Shown in pieces: positions 38,256 to 47,001 of a DNA stretch of 64,000 nt. Source of the DNA: an uncultured Bacilli bacterium (GTDB taxonomy: Bacteria > Bacillota_I > Bacilli_A > RF39 > UBA660). The stretch is from positions 11,469-75,468 of the forward strand of contig CANQFJ010000001.1 in the NCBI GenBank assembly GCA_947598485.1, read 5' to 3'. The position numbers were made by a program, and so were the translations under genes. Position 1 is the first letter of the stretch. Every line of letters starts with the position of its first letter. A model generated the notes under the pieces. That model was given only the letters and a program-made list of their open reading frames with translations, made no database searches and was not told where the DNA came from.

Positions 38256-39002
38256 TTATTTTCGCGTTGAATCAATTTCCTCGGTTAAATGCTTTAAATA
38301 AGCCTTAAAGCAAAGATTAACACCTTTAGCTTCTGCTAAAAAACGACAAAAATAATGATCATCATAATACACATCACAGGCTATATCTGGGTCAAGTTCA
38401 TCATCTTTGTGCCAAGCTTCACACCATGGCATTGCTGGTTGTAACCATACGACTTTTTTGCCAGTTTGTTTAGCTAACTCTTCCTGCGTAATAGCCTGAG
38501 GATTATCTGATATTAAAACAATATGATCAATATAGTACATTCCTTCAAGCTCATTAACGTATGAAACAGTTTTAGTCAAAAGTGATCTTGGATCATAATG
38601 GCACTCTCTTTCCCATGCTCCAGCTCCTTTTGAACGATCGATATCAAGATACCATCTGTTAAGTAAAGTTTTACCTATAAGGCCAAATGGATTAGTTTGG
38701 TAGTGAGTTACTCCACTTGCATCGTTTTGACCCATGACTTCAATCATGCTAGCTTCGCTAAGTGCCGCAGAAATATGGTTTTCCCATGTGTAATCGCCAG
38801 CATAACGATCAACTTCAGGATAGCTAATATCCGTTATTATCGAAAGTATCGTTTTAGCATTGCCAGATTTTTGGCCAAGTGTTTTGACATTATTAATAAA
38901 GTCTAAAAATGTTTGATAAAAATCATGGGCATCTTTTTCAGTATAAGTGTCCCATAATGTTCTCAAATCAACATAAATTAATATAGCTTTTTCCTTATCC
39001 AT
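38256..39002 (-). CDS. Hypothetical cytoplasmic protein (248 aa), Trp/Tyr/Cys/His-rich, unknown family
   Basis: AGAGGA RBS. No TM or signal. No motif I recognise. It is the last gene before the terminator of the tad-like unit. Confidence 0.65.
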   Translation of the reverse strand: MDKEKAILIYVDLRTLWDTYTEKDAHDFYQTFLDFINNVKTLGQKSGNAKTILSIITDISYPEVDRYAGDYTWENHISAALSEASMIEVMGQNDASGVTHYQTNPFGLIGKTLLNRWYLDIDRSKGAGAWERECHYDPRSLLTKTVSYVNELEGMYYIDHIVLISDNPQAITQEELAKQTGKKVVWLQPAMPWCEAWHKDDELDPDIACDVYYDDHYFCRFLAEAKGVNLCFKAYLKHLTEEIDSTRK

Positions 39003-39063
39003 TTTTTCCTCTTTAATGGTTGTTTATTATATATTAAAGGAAATTTTATTGCAACTATATTAT

Positions 39064-39765
39064 TTAGCTTATAAAATATTTTAAAAGAATTGGTCCCAAT
39101 ATTAATAACATAATAAGAGGAATAAAAAATAAGACAGATATTATAGATATTTGGGTAGGTATTTTATTAATCTTACCTTTAATATTTAAAATTCGCTTAT
39201 CCGTTAAATACTCAATTTGATTATTAAGAGTATCAATAACATTTGTACCATAGGTATATGATTCAATTAAATTTAAAAGAATATTATTAACGTTTTTAGA
39301 AGGTATTCTTTCTTTCGCAGCATTTAATGCTTCCGTTAAAGATTTACCTATTTCTACTTCTTTTAAAACCTCTTTAAATTCACTAGCCATTTCACTATCT
39401 ATGGCATTACAGGTATTTTCTAAACAGATTTTTAGATTTTTCTCGGTTTGTAAGCTTAAAACCAGAATTTCAAAAAAGAAGATAGCATCTTTTTCGATAA
39501 TATTAGCCCGTTTTTTTATTCTAGTATCAAGAAGTAAATAATCATATAAAAAATATGAAATAATAGTTAATAAAGGAGCAAGGAAATAACCATAATCAAA
39601 CATAAATAATGATATTAAAAATACAAGTACTAATAAAATAAATTTACAAATAAGATATTTATTAATATCAATTTTATTATTAATACCTAGAAGATTAATC
39701 TTGGTTTGCGTTTTATTAATTATATTTTTTGAATAAAGTATTTTAACAATGTAATCTATTTTCAT
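39064..39765 (-). CDS. tadC: Tad pilus platform protein, TadC-like (T2SS-F family)
   Basis: Polytopic, with a cytoplasmic helical segment ..LQTEKNLKICLENTCNAIDSEMASEFKEVLKEVEIGKSLTEALNAAKERIP.. typical of GspF/TadC. There is a 4-nt overlap with the tadB-like gene. Confidence 0.65.
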   Translation of the reverse strand: MKIDYIVKILYSKNIINKTQTKINLLGINNKIDINKYLICKFILLVLVFLISLFMFDYGYFLAPLLTIISYFLYDYLLLDTRIKKRANIIEKDAIFFFEILVLSLQTEKNLKICLENTCNAIDSEMASEFKEVLKEVEIGKSLTEALNAAKERIPSKNVNNILLNLIESYTYGTNVIDTLNNQIEYLTDKRILNIKGKINKIPTQISIISVLFFIPLIMLLILGPILLKYFIS

Positions 39766-40772
39766 ACTTCATCCACCTTCATTATCTTACGAATAGCTAT
39801 AATATAAACAACATATAAGGTAATCATAATTCCTAATACAACAAGCCCAACGATAGAGTTAAAAAACGGAGCAAAATAGTTATGATCAAAGATCATAATA
39901 AATAAAATAAAAATAAAAGGAATAAAGCATAGGAAATTTTTTAAAAGCCTACTTGTTGAAGTTAAAGATTTAAGCTCATCTCTTATTTTTAAACGATTAT
40001 AAAATCTTTTCTCAATCATGTTAAAAACAGATACAACACTACCTCCGGTTTTATTTAAAAGAGATAGTGATGATGTAATGTATTTGGCTTCATCTACTTT
40101 TACTCTTTCATAAAATCTAGCAAAGATAATATTAACATCAAGACCATAGTCTAAATCTTTAGCAATAATTTCAAATTCTTCTTTAATAGGATTAGGAAGT
40201 TCATTTTTTATTATTTGCACAGCTTGATAGATATTTTTACCACTTTTAAAAGCCCCATTCATTATAATAATAGCCTGAAGTAGTTGCTCTTCAATTATTT
40301 TCTTTTTACTTTGATATAAAATAATAAGAATAATGTCCATAAAATAAAAACTAATAATATTTACTAAAATAAAATGCCATATATTAAAGCTTAAAGTTCT
40401 TGTTCCTAATACTAAGAAGTACAATAAGTTAATAAACATTGTGATTACGAATTTACCAGCGACAAAGTCCATACCCGCAAAAGTATTCTTTTGGATATAT
40501 AATAGATATTTATCAAATCTTTGGCAATACTTTGTAAATAAATGATGTTTCTTAAAAAATGATGATATTTTAGCTACTAATTTTAAATATATTCCCGTTA
40601 AAATATCAATAATGGATACTTGATCATCATTTTTGACATTAATAACGTATGGTTTAATTCTTTTATTTAACTTAATAGATAAATAATATTTTATAATAAG
40701 AAAAGCCAATATTAAAAAAATACTGATACATATAAGATCAAATAAAAAATTTCTTATTATAATATCTTTCAT
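39762..40772 (-). CDS. tadB: Tad pilus platform protein, TadB-like (T2SS-F family)
   Basis: Polytopic. ..LLQAIIIMNGAFKSGKNIYQAVQIIKNELPNPIKEEFEIIAKDLDYGLDVNIIFARFYERV.. matches the GspF/TadB helical domain pattern. It lies directly downstream of the CpaF-type ATPase. Confidence 0.65.
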   Translation of the reverse strand: MKDIIIRNFLFDLICISIFLILAFLIIKYYLSIKLNKRIKPYVINVKNDDQVSIIDILTGIYLKLVAKISSFFKKHHLFTKYCQRFDKYLLYIQKNTFAGMDFVAGKFVITMFINLLYFLVLGTRTLSFNIWHFILVNIISFYFMDIILIILYQSKKKIIEEQLLQAIIIMNGAFKSGKNIYQAVQIIKNELPNPIKEEFEIIAKDLDYGLDVNIIFARFYERVKVDEAKYITSSLSLLNKTGGSVVSVFNMIEKRFYNRLKIRDELKSLTSTSRLLKNFLCFIPFIFILFIMIFDHNYFAPFFNSIVGLVVLGIMITLYVVYIIAIRKIMKVDEV

Positions 40773-40789
40773 TATTTATCCTTTCTTAA

Positions 40790-42112
40790 TTATTTAAAAT
40801 ACTCTTCTATATCTTTATAACCATAAGAAACTATCTTATCTAAACATTTAGGCCTAATATGGCTTTTTTCAAAAGTACCATCAACTTCTTTATTTTCCGT
40901 TAAGCCTTTTTGCACAAAGCTATAAATATGGTTAAGTTTTATTTCATCATTTTCAAAGCCATTAACTTCGGCTATATCCGTTATTTTTCTTTTTCCATCA
41001 GCAAGACGATCAACGGTAACAACTAAATTTATGGCTCCCTCAATATATTCCCGAATTGCTTTAACAGGAAGTTCCATGCTAGCCATTAAAACCATTGTTT
41101 CAAGACGATGCAAAGCATCATGCCCTCCATTAGCGTGCAAAGTGGTTAAGCTTCCTTCATGGCCGGTATTCATTGCTTGAAGCATATCAAAAGCTTCCTT
41201 ACCTCTTACTTCACCTACAATTATACGATCCGGCCGCATTCTTAGAGAGTTACGTACTAAATCTCTAATTGTGATTTCCCCACTTTTTTCATAGTTAGTA
41301 GTTCTTGTTTCCAAACTTATAACGTGAGGTTGAAGTAGCTTTAACTCTGCCGCATCCTCAATTGTTATAATTCTTTCATTGGAAGAAATAAAGGTACTTA
41401 AAACATTTAACAAAGTAGTTTTACCTGAACCGGTTCCGCCACAGACAATAATATTTAGTTTAGCTTTAACAGCCGCATCGAGAAAGTGCGCCATCTCACT
41501 TGTTAATGTTCCCAGCCTTAAAAGTTCATCAACATTATTAAGTTGTTTTTTAAATTTACGAATAGTTATAACAGGTCCTTTTGTTGAAAGGGGCGGAATA
41601 ATGGCATTAATACGCGCTCCATTTTCAAGCCTTGAATCCACCATAGGATTATTAACATCTATTGTCCTACCCATAGGTTCAACGATTCTTTGAATAGTTC
41701 GCATAATATGTGCATCATTAATAAAAGATACTGTTTCGTCTTTAATAAGATTACCATCGATTTCAATATATATCTCTTTAGGAGAATTAACCATTATTTC
41801 GGTAATATTATTATCATCAAGAAGCTCTGTTAAAGGGCCAAAGCCTTTTATTTCGTTTTCAATCAAATTAAATAAATGACTTCTTTCAATGGCCGTTAAG
41901 TCATATCCTTCAATCGCCTTATTGATTTGTTCATTAATAAAGACTGATGTATCAATATTTTCGGGAATCTTGTTATCAATAAGATTCTCTACTATTTTGG
42001 TTCTTAAACTATCAAGTAAATCTTTATCTTTAAATATTTCATAATCACTAATTGTAGCGGGAGCTATATTTTTATTAGAATAATCAAATTCATTTAAAAG
42101 GCTACTTTTCAT
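40790..42112 (-). CDS. cpaF: Tad/Flp-type secretion ATPase (CpaF/TadA family)
   Basis: Walker A VCGGTGSGKTTLLN, RIITIEDAAEL, Walker B/Asp box RPDRIIVGEVRGKEAFDMLQAMNTGHEGSLTTLHAN. Confidence 0.9.
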   Translation of the reverse strand: MKSSLLNEFDYSNKNIAPATISDYEIFKDKDLLDSLRTKIVENLIDNKIPENIDTSVFINEQINKAIEGYDLTAIERSHLFNLIENEIKGFGPLTELLDDNNITEIMVNSPKEIYIEIDGNLIKDETVSFINDAHIMRTIQRIVEPMGRTIDVNNPMVDSRLENGARINAIIPPLSTKGPVITIRKFKKQLNNVDELLRLGTLTSEMAHFLDAAVKAKLNIIVCGGTGSGKTTLLNVLSTFISSNERIITIEDAAELKLLQPHVISLETRTTNYEKSGEITIRDLVRNSLRMRPDRIIVGEVRGKEAFDMLQAMNTGHEGSLTTLHANGGHDALHRLETMVLMASMELPVKAIREYIEGAINLVVTVDRLADGKRKITDIAEVNGFENDEIKLNHIYSFVQKGLTENKEVDGTFEKSHIRPKCLDKIVSYGYKDIEEYFK

Positions 42113-42863
42113 CTTGTACCTCCTCTAGATCATCTATCAAAGTTTTAAACGCTTTATTAATGTTCGGATATGCCTTTGGCATTTTAGGATTTAGAGTTAG
42201 TATTTGACCATCATAAATATATTTATCAATAGTAGCAAGATAAAAAGATGAATCTATATAATAGTCAATATTAGCTTTAATAGCATTTTTAATATCAAAT
42301 AAACTATAATATTTTCTATTAGGGTTTATGGAATTATTTAGCATAACTTTATAATTAGTTTTACCCGCATCTTTAAAAACACTAACAAGATTAGCAGTAT
42401 TTTTAATATCAATTAAATCATTAGACATAACAAGTAAACATAAATCACAATTATCTAAAATAGTTAAATTAAATTCATTTAAGCTATGGTTCATATCAAT
42501 AATTAGATAATCATAACTATAAATTGCTCTTTCAATGATTAAAGGAATAATATTTGTATCAAGTTTACTACCTACTCTTGGATCTTTAGCAGATGCTAAT
42601 ATATCAATATTTTCGTTATATTTAGTAACATAATTTTCAATTTTATCAAAAACATGGCCAATATAATCTTCTGCACAGTTAGCGATTGTTTTAAGAGGAT
42701 TCTTTCGAAGATAAGTAGCAATAGCTCCGGAAGTATTATCTAAATCAATTAATAAAACTTTTTTTTGTAAACATGACAAAACTCCGGCAATATTGATTGC
42801 GGTTGTTGTTTTTCCGACACCACCCTTAGTAGAAAAAATACATAAACTTTTTCCTTTTTTCAT
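42102..42863 (-). CDS. MinD/ParA-type ATPase, TadZ/CpaE-like (no receiver domain)
   Basis: Deviant Walker A STKGGVGKTTTAINIA. Position immediately upstream of cpaF with an 11-nt overlap. Confidence 0.7.
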   Translation of the reverse strand: MKKGKSLCIFSTKGGVGKTTTAINIAGVLSCLQKKVLLIDLDNTSGAIATYLRKNPLKTIANCAEDYIGHVFDKIENYVTKYNENIDILASAKDPRVGSKLDTNIIPLIIERAIYSYDYLIIDMNHSLNEFNLTILDNCDLCLLVMSNDLIDIKNTANLVSVFKDAGKTNYKVMLNNSINPNRKYYSLFDIKNAIKANIDYYIDSSFYLATIDKYIYDGQILTLNPKMPKAYPNINKAFKTLIDDLEEVQDEK

Positions 42864-42868
42864 CTACA

Positions 42869-43219
42869 TCAACTAACCCTTTTTATTATTATTTTATCAT
42901 CTACTTTAGTCCCTACTAAAGTTAGATTTAAATAACTATCATTTATAAAACTATCAGCTTTTACTTTAATATTAATTTCTAAATCATCATTTCTTTTTAT
43001 ATCAATAAAATTATAATTAATATTATTCTTTTTTAATAATTCTTTAATATTATCATCACTGCATTTATCATAGCAAGAAGATATTACAGTTTTTAAATTA
43101 CTAATAATTTTCTTCTTTTGATAATTAACATTTATACCTTGGATTGTTCCCATGAATAGTAATAAAATAAGAGGAACAAGTAAGATAACAAAGACTAAAG
43201 CTTGCCCTTTATTATTCAT
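42869..43219 (-). CDS. TadE/TadF-like pseudopilin (116 aa), lacks Glu+5
   Basis: MNNKG|QALVFVILLVPLILLLF. It has the same first 8 residues as the upstream paralog and overlaps it by 8 nt. Confidence 0.55.
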   Translation of the reverse strand: MNNKGQALVFVILLVPLILLLFMGTIQGINVNYQKKKIISNLKTVISSCYDKCSDDNIKELLKKNNINYNFIDIKRNDDLEINIKVKADSFINDSYLNLTLVGTKVDDKIIIKRVS

Positions 43220-43517
43220 ATATCACTCTTTTTACTTCCACAGGATAAGGGTTATCCATAACTATATTTAAAAATGGTGATAATAATTCAATTTTTTTTC
43301 TTAAGTAATAACTTATCTCCCCATCGGTCGTTACTTCATTAAATGTGATATCTGAAGGTAGTTTATAATTAGCGTTATCAACTACTTCTTCCATCATGTC
43401 CTCTAAATCGCTTCTTGTCTTTATTATTTGCGAATAATCAAATATAGCCAGAATTATTAAAATAAGCACTGGGATTATAATAATAAACTCGACTAAAGCT
43501 TGCCCCTTATTATTCAT
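43212..43517 (-). CDS. TadE-like pseudopilin (101 aa)
   Basis: MNNKG|QALVEFIIIIPVLILIILAIFDY carries a TadE-type N-terminus with a G|xxxxEF processing motif. Confidence 0.65.
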   Translation of the reverse strand: MNNKGQALVEFIIIIPVLILIILAIFDYSQIIKTRSDLEDMMEEVVDNANYKLPSDITFNEVTTDGEISYYLRKKIELLSPFLNIVMDNPYPVEVKRVIYE

Positions 43518-43569
43518 CTTTGTTACCTACCATCTTCTTAATTATAAAATAAAATACTTAAAAATACAA

Positions 43570-45744
43570 TCAAAAACGCGCTGGGTTAAAAGTTATCTCA
43601 AGTTCAACTTTATCTTGGTTATATATATTCTCTATCTCTTTTAATAATTGATTTAGATTATTGTCAAAAGTATATTTAATAGTTATTTGAAAATGATATA
43701 TATTATTTACCCTAAATACACTCGCAGGAGTGGGACCATAAATAATAGTTTTGGCATCAACTTTTGGCTCCATATACTTCTTGATATCCGTGGCAACTTT
43801 AGCACATAAATCATAATTAGCGCTTTTAATAACAATTAAACAAATATAAGTATAAGGTGGATATTTAAGCTTATGCCTAATATTCATTTCGTATAAGTAA
43901 AAGCCATCATAGTCATTATTTTTAACATAATTTAAGACTTCGTTATCAGGATTAAATGTTTGAACTATAACTTCTCCCATTTTCTTATCTCTTCCTGCAC
44001 GGCCTGCGGTTTGATACAAAAGATCAAAAGTTTTTTCATTAGCCCTAAAGTCTGGTAAATTAAGCGATGTATCAGCATTAATGATACCTACTAAAGTAAC
44101 ATTTTTAAAATCTAACCCTTTAGAAATCATTTGGGTTCCTAATAAAATATCATATTTATTGTCAGCAAAGTCATCAATAATTCTTTGATAACTGCCTTTC
44201 TTTGTCGTCGTATCTTGATCCATGCGTATTATTCTAGCATCAGGATAAAGTTCTTGAAGCATTTGTTCAACTTTTTGCGTTCCAACTCCTAAATAATTTA
44301 AACTATTTTCATGACATTTAGGGCATACATCATCTTTTTTAGTAACATAGCCACAATAATGACATCTTAGATTATTAGAAGTCTTATGATATGTAAGGGT
44401 TATATCACAATTTGGGCATTTATAGGTATAGCCACATGAAGAGCAAGTAATATAGGTTGCAAATCCCCGGCGATTAAGAAGAAGTATTATTTGTTCTTTT
44501 TTTTGCAGACGGTCTTTTATTTTTTCTTTAAGTACAGAGGAAAATAAGTAATGTCCTTGTTTAAGCTCCAAAGCCATATCTACCATTTCAACCTTAGGTA
44601 AAACCATATTATTTACTCTATTTTTTAAGGTTAATAACGTATATACTTTCTTATCAGCCCTGGCTCTTGATTCTAATGTAGGAGTGGCGGACGCTAATAA
44701 CAAAGGGCAATTATGATATTTAGCTCTAAAGTCAGCCATATCTTTGGCATCATATCTAGGATTAGAATCTTGACGATAAGTTTCAGAATGCTCTTCATCA
44801 ATAATAATAATTCCTAAATCCTTAAGAGGCACAAATATACTTGATCTTGTACCAACAACTATTTTTACTTCGCCACGATATATCTTTAAATACTCATCAT
44901 ACTTTTCTCCTGGCGTAAGGCCACTATGAAAAACAGCTACATCAGAGCCAAATCGATCATAAAATCTTTTTACTGTTTGGGTAGTAAGGCATATTTCAGG
45001 AACCAAAACAATCGCGGTTTTACCTTTTCCAAGAGCATCAGAAATTAAATGCATATAGACTTCTGTTTTACCACTTCCCGTTACCCCTTCAAGAAGATAA
45101 ATGCCATATTTGTCTAAGGATACCTTGTCATACACTTCTTTTTGGTCTTTAGTTAAATTGAAAGTATCTTTTATTTCTTTTTTTTCATTATTAAGGCGAT
45201 ATTTTTTTACTTTTATTTCTTTAATTAAACCAAGTTTTTCTAAAGTCTTAGTACTTGATGAATTAATGTCTTTTTTTAAAACATCGCCCTTAATGAGCAT
45301 ATCTAAAATGCTAATTTGCTTAAATCTTTTTTCATTTTCCACAATATATTTATTTACTTCATCTAGCGATTTATTTAAAGTATAATAAGTATCAAATTTA
45401 TCATATGATTTATTTTGGCTTTTCACTTTAAGTGCTGAGGGAAGCATAGTTTGATATGCGGTTATTAAAGTACATAAGGTTTTTTCTTGCAAATATTTGC
45501 CTAGCTTTAATAATTCTTCATTCAAATAAATATCTTTATTATCAATACGATAAATCTTTTTAGTTATAAAGTTTGGTTTAGCGCTTGTGAGTTCTAATAC
45601 AATGCCAAAAACGGTATTTTTACCAAATGGTACTAATACCTTCATACCTACTTTAATATCACTAACCATATCTTCAGGCACTTCATAGGTAAAACATTTA
45701 TCTAAAGTTTTAACGGGATATTCAATTATTATTTTTGCGTACAT
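43570..45744 (-). CDS. priA: Primosomal protein N' (replication restart helicase PriA)
   Basis: Walker A GVTGSGKTEVY, IIIDEEH, Cys-rich zinc module CSSCGYTYKCPNCDITLTYHKTSNNLRCHYCG, and LLGTQMISKGLDF. Confidence 0.92.
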   Translation of the reverse strand: MYAKIIIEYPVKTLDKCFTYEVPEDMVSDIKVGMKVLVPFGKNTVFGIVLELTSAKPNFITKKIYRIDNKDIYLNEELLKLGKYLQEKTLCTLITAYQTMLPSALKVKSQNKSYDKFDTYYTLNKSLDEVNKYIVENEKRFKQISILDMLIKGDVLKKDINSSSTKTLEKLGLIKEIKVKKYRLNNEKKEIKDTFNLTKDQKEVYDKVSLDKYGIYLLEGVTGSGKTEVYMHLISDALGKGKTAIVLVPEICLTTQTVKRFYDRFGSDVAVFHSGLTPGEKYDEYLKIYRGEVKIVVGTRSSIFVPLKDLGIIIIDEEHSETYRQDSNPRYDAKDMADFRAKYHNCPLLLASATPTLESRARADKKVYTLLTLKNRVNNMVLPKVEMVDMALELKQGHYLFSSVLKEKIKDRLQKKEQIILLLNRRGFATYITCSSCGYTYKCPNCDITLTYHKTSNNLRCHYCGYVTKKDDVCPKCHENSLNYLGVGTQKVEQMLQELYPDARIIRMDQDTTTKKGSYQRIIDDFADNKYDILLGTQMISKGLDFKNVTLVGIINADTSLNLPDFRANEKTFDLLYQTAGRAGRDKKMGEVIVQTFNPDNEVLNYVKNNDYDGFYLYEMNIRHKLKYPPYTYICLIVIKSANYDLCAKVATDIKKYMEPKVDAKTIIYGPTPASVFRVNNIYHFQITIKYTFDNNLNQLLKEIENIYNQDKVELEITFNPARF

Positions 45745-46225
45745 ATTTAAGTCCTATATTTATTCCCACGAAGCCACCAACTAAAGAAACTAAAATACTA
45801 AAAACAAGGGTTTTATGATTATAAAAAAATTTAAGATAGTTGCCAACATTAGGAATCACCTTAATCATTTTACCATAAACATTTATATCATTAACTAAAT
45901 GGCCATCGGTAAATTTATTATTATCACCTCGGGTTACATAAGACCCATTTTCGATATTAATAATACGATGAGTTACAGTCATACCATTTTCATCAAAACT
46001 TATTACATCACCTATCTTATAAGAATCATGTTTTTTAAGAATAACTAAGTCTCCTTTTTGAATGGTTGGAAGCATACTTGTCCCTGTATTAACAAAGCCT
46101 GTATATCCTAGAAAATATGGTATATTACCAGAGCTTTTTTGCACATAAAAAGATATTGCAATAATAAATAAAAGTGCGATAATGACACTTAGAATGGATA
46201 AAACTATTCTTACAAAATATTTCAT
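45722..46225 (-). CDS. Signal peptidase I, archaeal/SipW type
   Basis: N-terminal TM, catalytic region NTGTSMLPTIQKGDLVILKK, VTHRI, TRGDNN, and a C-terminal TM. Its 3' end overlaps the priA start by 23 nt. Confidence 0.8.
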   Translation of the reverse strand: MKYFVRIVLSILSVIIALLFIIAISFYVQKSSGNIPYFLGYTGFVNTGTSMLPTIQKGDLVILKKHDSYKIGDVISFDENGMTVTHRIINIENGSYVTRGDNNKFTDGHLVNDINVYGKMIKVIPNVGNYLKFFYNHKTLVFSILVSLVGGFVGINIGLKYVRKNNN

Positions 46226-46249
46226 AGCTTAATTATCTCACGGTGGCAT

Positions 46250-46273
46250 AAAAAAAGCTAGTAATAACTAGCC
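46250..46273 (-). terminator. Terminator after the two small helical-protein genes
   Basis: On the minus strand: gctagt-tatt-actagc followed by T7. Confidence 0.55.
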
Positions 46274-46302
46274 ATCTATTAATATTAGATTTAGTTTAAT
46301 AA

Positions 46303-46563
46303 TTATTTATTATCCTCAAAAATTTTAATTAAATTATTAACTTCAGGAATAACATTTGTTCTTGCTTGCGATACTTTAGCTGCTAATTCTGTAATAGCTA
46401 TTCCTAATGAGGAGTCTTGGCCACAGGCAGTAGATAAATCACTTAAAAGGCCTTGACCATCAGAAGCATATAATAAATCAAGTATCGAATTTAAATCTTC
46501 TTTTTTCAAAATTACATTTTGTTCTAGTCCTTGTAGATTATTAAGATCATTATTCATTATCAT
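46303..46563 (-). CDS. Small helical protein (86 aa; 84 aa if started at ATG 46557)
   Basis: ATG 46557 lies 6 nt after GGAGA. It overlaps the upstream 103-aa gene by 8-14 nt. No signal peptide or TM. Confidence 0.55.
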   Translation of the reverse strand: MIMNNDLNNLQGLEQNVILKKEDLNSILDLLYASDGQGLLSDLSTACGQDSSLGIAITELAAKVSQARTNVIPEVNNLIKIFEDNK

Positions 46564-46861
46564 TCTCCATAGAGCTTGTTCTAATTGCTCTTCTTGAATT
46601 AAGTACTAATGAAGAAATTGTTTGGTGCAATCTTTCTAATGTAGAGGCCATTTGTTCAATGGAGTCACAATATTTTAAAATATTATATTTAGTTATTTTA
46701 TTATTCTCATTTTTTTCTAAAACTTCTTTAAAGTTTTCTCCATCTACACTACTGCGAAATGCCTCTGCACATAGGCGTAATCTTTCGGGCAAACTTTCAA
46801 TAACATTATTTACTTGCTCAGCCTTATTACAGTTTTCTAATGACAGAAATGCCATTGCCAT
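46550..46861 (-). CDS. Small helical protein (103 aa)
   Basis: GGAAGGTGA RBS 9 nt upstream of the ATG. No signal peptide or TM. No recognised motif. Confidence 0.55.
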   Translation of the reverse strand: MAMAFLSLENCNKAEQVNNVIESLPERLRLCAEAFRSSVDGENFKEVLEKNENNKITKYNILKYCDSIEQMASTLERLHQTISSLVLNSRRAIRTSSMENDNE

Positions 46862-46893
46862 TTAGCATGTCACCTTCCTATTCTTATAATATA

Positions 46894-46923
46894 AGTATAA
46901 TTTCATTCAAGCCATCTTGTCAA
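46894..46923 (-). promoter_or_regulatory. Promoter of the small-protein bicistron
   Basis: On the minus strand: TTGACA (46923..46918), an 18-nt spacer, and TATACT (46899..46894). Confidence 0.55.
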
Positions 46924-46952
46924 TTATATTTTTATTTAGATATTAATAAGCC

Positions 46953-46991
46953 AAAGAAAAAGACCATTAACAAATTTTGGGTTAACAGTCT
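46953..46991 (-). terminator. Terminator of topA
   Basis: On the minus strand: agactgttaa-(11-nt loop)-ttaatggtct (10 bp, two G:U pairs) followed by ttttctttgg. Confidence 0.5.
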
Positions 46992-47001
46992 AAAAAATTT
47001 T

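Noticed and set aside
38256-39002. Apparent GC-rich island suggesting recent horizontal transfer of the 248-aa gene
   Set aside because: Two 60-nt lines I counted give 37-43% GC versus ~20% in the neighbouring tadC. A dxs line gives ~40% as well, so the contrast reflects very AT-rich membrane-protein genes rather than a foreign insert.
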